From contig OZ024740.1 of assembly GCA_964016885.1 (NCBI GenBank), positions 196,788,001-196,852,000 of the forward strand: a stretch of DNA of 64,000 bases. The letters run 5' to 3'. The notes under the pieces were generated by a model. That model saw nothing but the letters and a program-made list of their open reading frames with translations. It made no database searches and was not told where the DNA came from. This DNA is from Eledone cirrhosa. Taxonomy: Eukaryota. Below, one piece after another: positions 1-12,000 of the stretch (position 1 is the first letter of the stretch; every line of letters begins with the position of its first letter). A program made the translations under genes and the position numbers.

Positions 1-3000
1 AGAAAAAGGTGAGTTTGCCTGAAATACCAATATCAGCCTTCTATTATTTTCAAATGGAATTCCTCTTTGGATCATTAAACATCTGTTCTGTGCCTAATCT
101 AATATAATTTTCTCTTATAATACATCTTAGAAGTGACTGGAATTCTAAGCATAGCTGTGTGACTAAGAAGTTCACATTTCAACAGCATGCTTTTGAATTT
201 AATCCCTCTCTGTAATACTTTTGGCAAATGTCTTCCACTGTAGCTTTGGGTTGACCAATGTATTGGGAGTAAATTTGATACATTGGTACTGTTTAAGCAA
301 GCACTGCCATTTGTTTATGTGTTGCAGCTTAGCAGTTCAATGAAAAATCAGAGGAATAAATATCATACTTAAAAGATAAATTATTACTTGATGTCATGGA
401 GGGCATCTCGTTATTTAATTGATTGGAGTGGGGGATAGTAGAATTGGTCAAGTCTCAAACAAAATACCTTGTGGTATTTACTTATGCCCATTTATGTTTT
501 GTGATCATATCTCAACAGTGTTGACTTTGTCTTTTATCTTTTGGGGATCGATAAAATCAAACACTAATGTTGATGTAATCGACTGTATAGCCCTCCTTTA
601 CCTTTTTCATGTTTGGGCATTTGGAGGAAGGGGCTGTGCTTATGGTGGCTTTTGCAGGCCCTCCAGCACTGGGGATATTTGATATTAACATTCTGTTTCA
701 ATTGTTGCAAGTCAATGGCTGCACAAAAAAAAAAAACCATGCAGGTAGGGAATTCCTGTGAGGCAATGTTTTTGGCTATATCTATGTTAGAAATCTTTAA
801 TATTTAAAAGAGAAGAGGTAGTAACTTTGAGCTTATCAGATTGGGTGGATCGTGGTCATTCAGTTTGAACTTCTGTGGGAAGAGTATTGAGAGAAGGCTG
901 CAGTTCAGGGGGGAAATGGTTAGGTATGATGTGGAATCTGATATAAGAGATACAGCAATGGTGATAAGAGAAGGAGAGTTGAGTGGATCATGTAGTCATT
1001 GATTCATGTGGTACCCAGGTTGCTAGGTGAGAGGAAAGGTAGCAACTTGGCAGAGTCATTAAACATCAGATAGAATAGAATGCCTTCTGAGGTCAACTTT
1101 GCCTTTCATCCTTTCAGGATAGATCAATAAAGTCTCAGTCTAATGCTGGGATCCATTTCTTTCTCTCACTTTCAGGAAGAGGGTCAGTTTTGGTCAGACC
1201 TCTTGAGAAATGGCTTTACCATATTCAGATGCCATGCTGCTCCTGTGATACCATTGGGGGTTTAGGGCCCAAGATAGGACAAGTTGAAAAGAACAGTTGC
1301 TATTATAGTAGTGGTAGAAGCTGGAAGAAGAAACAGTTTATTTGTAGGATTGATTTACTTGAAAGAAAACTAGAATTTTAATAAAACTGAAGTGATTTGA
1401 TTTAAATTATATGAAATGTATACGTCTTATTTTTAACTCACCTCCTTTCCTTTTTCTTTCCTCTCAGCCTCAAGACCTATCCCGAGCTGCTCCTCCACGT
1501 CTACGATGGAGTCAAAAAGAAGTTGTTCATTTAGAAAACCTCCCCCTTAAAGATCCCCTCGCAGGTAAACAATTTGGGCATTGTTTTTGTTGCTACTACA
1601 AGAAATGTATTTCTTTTTTTATTAATTCTTTTTTTTTTAACTTGATCAGGAGGAAGGACAATGTTTATGTTCCTTTTTAGCATCTCTGAGATTGGTGAGA
1701 TGGAAGGAGGAAGATATCTTCAAACTAGAGACCTGAGCCAAATGCTGAGCCAAGACATTTGAGACATAGGATGGAATTTTTACCCACTCCTTTCCTGCAC
1801 ACTGTGCAAGGCCATTTCCTTCAAGGGATCAGGACCCTGTTTCCTTTCTACTTACTAGGACTTTATTTATATATATTTCAAAGGAATGATTAGTTCTGTA
1901 AATATTTTAGGGAACTAGCAATTCTTATAATTTTAGGAATCCAGAACATAGTGGTTCGATGAAGGTTTCCTATATTTTTCTGTTTTACCTTTACTTATAT
2001 ACTCTCCAGGGTAATAAAAACTCTCTTTACCCAGGGCCAGGACCTGGGTATTTAGCATCATTCTTCCAAATAAAATAATTTCAACATAGTTTGACAAGCT
2101 GACAAACCTAGTTTTTGACAGTTCTTGGTCTGACAACACTAAGAAAATAACTAAGTCTGCATTTTCTACTACACAGTCCACACTCACCCATGCCACATTA
2201 TATTAAAGGTCATAACACTATACATCATTCTCTACCACTTTGAATATTTCTACAACACTACTGTTGTATTCCTCTCGGTACTCGCAGAGAAAACACAACG
2301 AGTTATATCAAATAATTTGTGTAATTTGCGAAACAACCAAATCGCCCCTCCTCGCAGTAGCAGAATAACATAAAGTAAGTAAGTAGCAGTCTGTGACTGA
2401 GTTTTTAATACCAACGCTGATTGACTGCCCAGGTCACGTGATTCATATGCAAATGTGTGAGCACGTGTAAATTGAATAGAAATTTAACAGTCCATACAAC
2501 AATGAGGTTGTGAGTTCGATTCCCAGTCCATACAACACCTCCCCACCGAAATTGATGCGACAAAAGAAGCATCAACAGCAAAGTCTCTTTGGAGGTTTAC
2601 GAGTTCTCTTGGACCGTCTTTGATTGTCTGGTCCATACTCTGGAACGGGCAACAAGGTCTTGGGTCTGGTCTGTCTTGGAGTTAGTGGCACGATTTCCGA
2701 GATCTCCATCGGGTGATCTGTTGCAAATTCAAAAACAGTGTCTACTGCATCACCAGGTTCATTGTCTTCCTCAGTAGTGTACCGCAGTTGCAGCTGTTCC
2801 CAGTGTCGTCTCCACACCGGGCCATGAGGTATGACCTTAACGTTGAAGCAGCGAGTACCCAATGACTTCTTAATGATTGCTGGTACCCATCGGGGATCTT
2901 TGTCTCGGCGAGGTCCGTAGTACAGTGCATACACAGGATCTCCAGCCTTGTACTGCCTGGTAACCTTAGCGACACCTGCCGAGTCTGGAGTCATCTGAGA

Positions 3001-6000
3001 CTTATATGCTTCCTTAGACTGCTTGCCTTGAGCGATGTGTGCTGGCGAGGGCAGCAGAGAATCAATCCTTGTCTGTATCTGCCGGTGATTCAAAAGTTCA
3101 CTCGGAGAGAATCCACTGGATGTCGGTGTTTTCCGGTACTGCATCACGAACTCTTGAAGTGCTCGCTTCGGCGGAAGAGAAGTCTTCCTCAGAGCTTGTT
3201 TGAAGGTCTGCACCAAACGTTCCGCTGCTCCGTTAGTAGCTGGGTGGTAAGATGCCCCTGTCAGGTGCGTGATCCCACGTTCTTTGCACCAGCTCTGGAA
3301 CTCCTCAGAAATAAAAGTTGGTGTGTTATCGGTGACTAGCGTGTGAGGAAATCCGAAGTGCGCAAAGTCTTCTTCAAGCAGATCTAAAGAGGCTCTGGAG
3401 GACGTGGATGACGTAGGATGAATGCATGGATACTTGGAATAAGCATCCGTGATCACCAACCAATTACTGCCCATGAAATTTATTGCGTGGTCCAGGTGTA
3501 AGCGGCTCCACGGCTTTTCAGGTAACATCCATGGGTGAACTGGAGACTTGGATGGCTGGTTTTGATGTTCACCACACGAATCACATTGTCGACTGGTTTT
3601 CTCTATAGCAGCATCGATACCAGGCCAATAAACAGCAGTTCTTGCCAATTGTTTCATGCGCTCCATGCCAAAGTGTCCGAGATGCAGAAGATTGAGGATC
3701 TTTGGCTGTAAGCTATGTGGAATCACAACTCTCGATCCATGGATAAGGCATCCGTGGCAGATACTGAGTGAATCCGATAACTTCCGGAACTTATTGACTT
3801 CGTCATTGATCTCAGTATTCTTTGGTGGCCAGCCTTCACGGACGTAGCGTATCACTGTAGATATCACTGGATCTTTCCCTGACTCTTGACGGTGGACGTT
3901 AGAATCGATAGGTTGGACTTGAAGACTGAGAGCTTTGATGGCGCACACCATGTCCATGTCTTCACCATTTTCCTTCCTGTCAAAGTCGATGTCATTACCA
4001 AATGGCAAGCGACTGAGGGCATCTGCATTGCCATGATCCGCTGTTTTCTGATATTCGATGGTGTAGTCAAACTGGTTCAGCCACAGGGTCCACCGTGCTA
4101 GTCGGTTAGCAGCGAGAAGTGGCATCCCTTTCCTTGGACTGAACAGTGATGTCAGTGGCTTGTGGTCAGTTACGAGTATAAACTGATGTCCGTACAGATA
4201 CTGATAGAACTTCTGCAAGCCAAATATGATGGCCAGGGCTTCCTTTTGAATTTGGCCGTAGTTACGCTGTGCAGAAGTAAGAGCCTTGGACACATTGGAT
4301 ATTGGGCGCTCGCTTCCATCAGGATAGCGATGAAACAGGACTGCTCCAATACCAACATTTGACGGCCACACCAGGTAGATCTTGAGTCAGGTTTTCCATG
4401 ATCTCCTGAAAGTAACCAGGTGCTGACTTGATTCCGAAAGGGAGGCGTTCCTGCAGGAGCACCCCACGGTGAGTGCTGAGTGCAAGCCTGCGTTGACTTT
4501 CTGGAGCCAGCTTGATCTGATTATAGGAATCAGCAAGATCAATCTTTGTGTATCCGAGCTTCTGCATCAGTTCCTCTGGGAGTGGCATTGGATGACGATG
4601 ATCTGCAAGTTGGTCATTAATTCCCACAGAGTAGTCACCACAAATCCGTAGTTTGGGCTTCAGGTTGCCTGAAGTATGTGCATTACGAATTGGTACCACT
4701 GGCGTTCCGTATTCGTTGAACTGTATTGGCTTCCAGATTCCTTTGGCGATGCCTTCTTCGTAACCTTTGGCCAGGTCATCACGAAGAGCAAACGGGACCG
4801 GGCGTGCCTTGTGAAAGGCCGGTGTCGCGTCCGACTTGAACTTCACTTCCAGTTCGAAGTCATTAAGACATCCCAATTCTTGCTTGAAGAGATCTGGGAA
4901 TTCATCACACATGTTGTGACAATCTCGTTGCATGGAAATATAGGGCTCATTTGAGGTCTTTGGATGCATCACTTCTGCACCCTCACTCTTGGCCTGGCTG
5001 TCTATGCTTTTCAATCCTAGAGCATTGTCCACGGAAATTCCCAGAGTCTGGATAGCGTTTCGTCCCAGCAAATTAAGATCAGGGATCTTGGTGACGATGT
5101 AGGGTATTGAATTCCGTTTACCGGTCGTTGGATCCTTGGTTTGGCCCATGAAAGTTCCCAGAACAGGCAGGTCGTGCTTGCTGGCAGATTCAAACCGATG
5201 TTTGACATCTTGCAGCTTCGGTTTTCCTAATTGTTTCCAAACTGACAAAGAAACAAAATTGCCTGTAGTAGCTGTGTCCAATTCCATTGTGAAAAGTCTG
5301 TTCTGGATTGTTATTGGCACATTCAAACTATGAGTATCGTGGGGAACTTCACCAAGGATCGCCTTGACTAGCTCAGCTTTCGTGATTCTTTTCACGTAAT
5401 TCTGTGAGCGATGATTACGTTGTTGATGTTGTTTCTTTCTACACACCGCTTGCAAATGTCCTTTTTTGTCACAAAAATGACATTTGGCTTCTTTGAAAGG
5501 GCAGTCTGTCGCTTTGTGGGCCTTTCCACATCGGTAGCACATCTCCTGGTCTGTGGAATAAGACTGCTGATCGTTCTTTCGAGGACCCTTGTTCTTGTTC
5601 TGCTGGACCTTGTAGACTTGCTTGGTTTTGGAACCGTAAACAGTTTCCTTGGCAACCTTTGCTGCGTCTTCGGTCCCGATGGCAACTTGGACAGCACGGG
5701 CGAAATCTAGTTCTGTATCCTTGTTCTTGAAAATAACCTTCAACACAGCTTCATTATTGACAGAACATATAAATCTCTGTCTTAGAGCTTCATCTTGTGG
5801 ATTTGTGATCGAAGGAAAATCACAGGTAGCTGCATCCTGACGTATACTTGCTGCCAGCTCCTGGAGAGTTTCGCCTGGTTTCCGTTGCATGTCACTCCAG
5901 AACTTGAAACGTTCTCTCACAATGAAAAGTTTTGGGTCGAACTGTTCTTTCATGAAGTCAACAATTTCGTCCATTGTCAACTTGTTGATATTCTTAGGCG

Positions 6001-9000
6001 GATTTTGTTGAGCAGCCAGATTTGCAAGTTGTTTGTAGATGGCAGCCGTCTGATTAGTCAGGAACACTTGTGCCATGCGTTGCTCGGGTACAGCGTTAGC
6101 AGCCACAAACGTGCAGAATCTTGACCAGTAATCAGGCCATAGTTCTGTTGTTGAATCAAAAGCAGCAAATGGTGGGATGAATACTGTTGGTGTCGAAGCA
6201 ACTGGCGACGCCAATAAACTCTTGTTCAGAATCTCGAGCACCAAACAGTTTTATCAGTGTCCATATCTTTCTTGTGTTGTTGCATTTGTTGTTCCTGTTG
6301 TTGCAGTTGTTGTTCCATCTGTTCTCTAAACAACTTTATTAGCTCCGCTGTTTGTTGTTCCGCCATGTTTTTGTGATAAACAATTTCCCGGCAATGTAGG
6401 TAAATCCTATCGGCAATGTAGGTAAATCCTATCGGCAATGTAGGTAAATCCTATCGGCGACGCCAATAAACTCTGTTGTATTCCTCTCGGTACTCGCAGA
6501 GAAAACACGAGTTATATCAAATAATTTGTGTAATTTGCGAAACAACCAAATCGCCCCTCCTCGCAGTAGCAGAATAACATAAAGTAAGTAAGTAGCAGTC
6601 TGTGACCGAGTTTTTAATACCAACGCTAACTGACTGCCCAGGTCACGTGATTCATATGCAAATGTGTGAGCACGTGTAAATTGAATAGAAATTTAACAGT
6701 CCATACAACAATGAGGTTGTGAGTTCGATTCCCAGTCCATACAACAACTACTATGTGGCAAAATTGTTTAGTGATTTATTTATTGATTACAGGAAATTAT
6801 AATATTTTATTTAATTATAAAATTTTGTATAAAAATGTAATATTTTATGGTTCATTACTGTGCATTAGATGATTCTATAGTTGGCTTTAGGGTAGTGCTG
6901 GCCTTGTCCTTGCTTATTGCTTAAATTATTTGACAAAAAGGAATAACTTCTCCATTTTAGAATCTGATGAAGTTGCAGTATCTCAGGCACGACAAAAATG
7001 GAAGTATCGGAATTCTGTCATTGAAATACTGGAGAATAAATCATTAGTTGACCCAACATTGGTAATGTCAGGTAAGTCTCTCACACTATATTTTGTGGGG
7101 GTGGGGTAGTATATATAGATATATAAATCAACAGATTTTAACTATGTTACATGGAAATTTATGGAAAATTACCAAGTAAAATATTTTCAGAATCTGAACT
7201 AAATATTATAAATACATTATTAGTAAAAAGAATTTTATTAAATTTATAAATTGTAAGGCCGTTTATGAACCCTCAACTGTGATTATTTTATTTTTGAAGT
7301 TTCATTTTGCCAACAAAAACACACATGCATTGTTTGTGGTCTACCTTTTTTATTGTTAACTAACTTAACCAGTTGTTTCTGAAATTTCAATGATGTTTAA
7401 AATCTATAACTGATTTTCTTTCCTTCGTGTGTTATGTTGTTAAACATGTGTATGTATTATGGTTTTGTTTCAATTGTGTCAATTTAAAAAGTGAACTAAA
7501 AATTAAAAAAACATACACAACAATCAGTGTGTGTTGTTATTGGCAAAATGCCCCCCTCCCATACAACATTAACAGTTGCAACACATGGAAGGTGTGGTAC
7601 AAGGTGGGTGGGGGTAGCTCACCTACCTCTCAGGGTGTCTCACTGGTTGGCCTTGTCCAGAATGGTGTATATCTATGTCCATAAGTGCCCATCCAAACAC
7701 AATCCTCTGGCCAGAACTTATAAACATATAACTTCAGCATATGGAGCAAAATCACAACCTGCCTCCCTAATCGACTGATAGTAAGAGACAGAAAGAAACC
7801 CCAAATCTGCTTCTGGCAAAGCCCTCTGACCCTTTTACTTCCGGCAAGACCCCCAGCCATTCAGAAGGATTGCCTGTAGTGATAAACTCTGAATAGAAAC
7901 AGTGTGAATTATCTTGGATTTCAGAATAGGTACACTGTATCCCTGCATGTTTTAAGAGATGACTTAAATGGTTGGTATCAGGAAAGTTGTAAAACATTGT
8001 GCCCCAAATTATCCCATCCAAACTATGACAGCATGGAAAAGTAGGTGTAAAAACAATTATGATGATAAAACAAATAAATAAATGTTGCTATATGTATTGA
8101 GTATTTTTCATGTATGGTATATATTTCTTTCTGACAATATTTCAGAAGAAGCCGCTGAGGATCTTCGGTCAAAGAATCACATCTTAAAGAATTCTACAAG
8201 AGATCCAACAGGAACTGTAGTTAAAGGCATAAACTCAGGAAATACAGCTGTAATATCTGGCATAGCTCTAGCAAATGGTTCCAAATCGAAAGTGTTGAAA
8301 CATGAAAATATTCCTCAATCTGAATCATTTTTTGTGCCTTTTGAGAACAATCCAGGAAATGGCAATAAAACACAATCTCCACCAAAATCACAGAGTAGTA
8401 AATCTTCCAGTAATGTTCCTGCTGAAAAACTGATCTCAAATGCAACATACCAAATTCCAAAGCATGTAGAAGAGGCTACTGTCTCTACAAATAATTCACA
8501 GTTAGCAAAATCCCCTAAAGGTAATAAATTTATTTTGAGTTGAATACAAAAACAAAACATCCATTTAAGTAGATATATGCTTGGTTTTATCTTATAATAG
8601 TATCATATACTGTGAAGACATGTGACCTAATGGTTAGAGAATGGTTATACGGTTCTGGGTTTGGTTCCCTGATGTCATGTCTTAGAGTAAGGCATTTCAT
8701 TTCATGTTGCTCCACTCCTCTCAGCTGAGAAAATGAATTCCAGCAGTAGCTGATGGTTAATCTTGCAAAAGACGTTAACCTAACTTTTAATTATATACTA
8801 CTAGCAACTATACCTACTCTTGTCCAGATTCATTAATACCTAAAATGCATATCCAAATCAACACAATCCCAGACCTCATTCACTTACCGAGTGAGTTGGA
8901 ACTTGTCAGATCAAACCAAGGAAACAATATTTCCATTGGTCTTTCCAACTGCTGTTATTATCTACTAGCAGAAAGTAAATATAATCACATGAATTCAGTA

Positions 9001-12000
9001 TATTTTTGATAAATTGTTGTAAGAAGGTACTGACAAATCTTCAATTCATCTGAGAATGTTGATTTATTCAGAATTGTTGCAGCCAAATCATCCAGAAGAT
9101 GGTTCAAATTCAGCTTCATAAAAATGCTAAATAAAAAAAATTAATAAACAAGCAAATGTAGAACCTAAAATAAAATTTTACTCTTAGATTTTTTTCTGGG
9201 AAAACATGCTATTCTTTTCAAAATGCCATACTAATTTACATCGAGTGACTCTCTGATCTTTGAGCTACATACTCGATAGAGTGTGTAGCTCAAAGCTCAG
9301 AGAGTCACTCTAGGTAGAGCTGCTACTTCTCCGAATTGAGAGATCACAGCTCTGATACTATAGACATGTGGTTAGAATGTCTCGGGAAAGAATTGCTGGA
9401 CAGATTTTACAGGCAAAACCAACCGGCAGGAGACCTAGGGGTAGACACCAAGATGGTTGGATAACATCCAAGAGCTTGGCTGGTCTTGCTTGAGGATCCA
9501 GCCGGATCAGTTAGAGATGGTTGCTTCTGACAGGATCCGCTGGAAGGAGTGTTTGAGGACTCTGCCTCAACGACCATCTCAGGAATAAGTTGGCGAAGAA
9601 GAAGTGACTCTAAATAAATAATTTTTCTGATCAGTAGTCAGTAGTGGTTTATTTATGAACACAAAATGGTGATGTATATGATAAGGTTGTTGATTGTTTT
9701 GTTTTCATAGGTGACGATGTAAAGCAGCAAGAACCAAGTGAAGCAGACCAGGCATTGCCTGTAGAAAAAGACAATCAAGCTATTGTGGAAGAGTTACCTG
9801 TGTTACAACATTCATTTTCAAGGTTTGTTTGATATTGTAAATAGTCATTATCATCATCAAACATTTCTTCATTGCCATCTTTAACATCATATATTTATCA
9901 TCATTATTGGCAGAATCAGTTGAATGCTGGACAACATGCTTCGCGGCATAGTTACAGCCCTTTATGGTCTGAGTTCAAATCACGTTGAGGTTAGCTTTGC
10001 CTTTCATCCTTATGGGGTTGATAAAATAAAGCACGAGTAATGCACTGGGGTCGATTTAATCGACTTTCCCCTGCCCTTCAAATTGCGGGTGATGTGCCTA
10101 AAGTAGAAACAATTATTATTATTATCTTCATCAACATCTTTATCATTATCTTGATTCTCCTTCTCATCATCATTGTTATTAGGTGTTACATAATATTAAT
10201 GTTCTCAATTTAATCACTGCATTTATTTAACCATTTAGCATTTAAACCAGCCATATCCGGCCAGAATTCTCTCACCACTTTCTGTTCAAACCAGCCGTAA
10301 CTGGCCACTCATACCAACGTTAAGGTATTGTTCTCAAAATAAATAAAATCAAAATCATAGATTCGATATTATGCGAGATAATTATGTGAGGTAAAGTGTT
10401 TTACTGCAAAAATACAATAGTATATATAGAGTAATGTAAATGCTAAAGGGTTAAGACATTTTAGAAAAGTGGACTGTCATCATCATCATCATCATCATCA
10501 TCCTCATCCTCATCATCATCATCATGTAACATCTGTTTTCTTTCCCTGATAGTAATGGCTGTGATGTTTTAATAGTGACACGATAATAGTGGTTTAGTAA
10601 TGTGACTGTTATGTGTTCATGATGATGATGATATAGTTCAAGAAATGACAAGACAAACACAGAGATGCAAAAACACAAAGTCTTATTAGTATCATGCTTA
10701 GGTGGAAGTAGAAGAGGGTTTGACTTTTTGAGCATACGTCCTTCTTCAAAAAATGGAGAGTTCGAAGAGAGTGACAGCTATGTATTCACATACACAGTGA
10801 TGTGAATGTGATATATTCATATACATTGATGTAAATGCTATGTATTCACTTACATAGTGATGTGGCTGTGATGTTTTCATATACATATATATATAGAGAG
10901 TGATGTATTTGTTACTTCATCACATTTATAGTGATGTTACTATGATGTTGTATATAATAATAATAATAATGAAATTATTGTGTACAGTGCTCAGGTGCAC
11001 TACAACTCATCAAAGGTGCATGTATAGTACATAGAATAATGTACAAATGTCAGGAAAATGAACAGTGTATGAGTCATGATATAATAATAATAACAATAAT
11101 GAAATATTGTGTACAGTGCCCAGATGCACCACAACTCATCAAAAAAGTGCATGTACAGTACATAGGGCAATGCACAAACATCAGTAAAATGAACAGTGCA
11201 CGGGTCATGATACACACATGTGTGCATGTGTATGGAAGGGGTACATCAGGTGTAGTTTTGGCGTATTTCGGGAAGCATGAGTGTCTTAAAGGATGCAGTG
11301 TCTTGGCAGCTAACAACTGACGCAGGCAGTTTGTTCCATGCTTCAGCAACTCTGAGCGTGAAAAAATGTCTACGAAAGTCATGGGAGCTGTGCTGTTTTC
11401 TGATATAACAGCAATATGATGGTGATTTAATTTCATTCATTACAAAATCATTATTCTAAGTTGTTACAATTTTTCAGCCCTCAGTTGGACTCAGTGAATG
11501 ATTTTCCAGAACAAAAAAATGAGGTTTGTTTTATCCATTTATTATTATTATTTTTTTTTTTTTTTTGCTTATATTACTCTTAGCTCTCCACTATAAAGAA
11601 TCTGTTTGAGATATATTTCCTGTTGTTATGAATATGAAATCACCAATGAAAATATTGAGAAATTGCATGGTGTAGAATTTGTAGTGACTTTGGTTCAGGC
11701 ATAGGTGTGTAGTTAAAAAGTTTGCTTTGCAACCACATGATTTCAAGTTTGATCCCACTGCATAACATAATAATGCTTTGTAAGTGAAATTGGGTAAATG
11801 GAAACATCATGTTTGTCTATCTTGTGGTAGGAAGCCGTAGTAGAGGCAGACCAAGGAGAATCTGGGCAGAGGTGGTGAGAGCTGATGTCAAATCATTAAG
11901 ACTCACAGAGGAGATGAGGAAGGAACGCGACAAGTGGAGAGAAGCTGTGCTGAAAAGAACCTGTGGAAAATGGATGTAAAAACGATGATGATATACCCTC

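Larger units (their letters stand above)
2262..6746 (-). mobile_element. Ty3/Gypsy LTR retrotransposon (Mag-like, two Cys-His knuckles in gag) with both LTRs but coding-defective
   Basis: LTRs at 2262-2537 and 6474-6746 with TGTTGTA...TACAACA termini; 5-bp TSD ACTAC (2257-2261, 6747-6751); PPT GGTGGGGAGG next to the 3' LTR; PBS-like TGGCGTCGCCGATAGG next to the 5' LTR; gag-PR-RT-RH-IN order. Confidence 0.96.

Noticed and set aside
10715-10755. TTGAAGA...stem...AAAA motif on the minus strand, and similar traces near 25945 and 37180
   Set aside because: Too degenerate or partial to support a ribozyme call.
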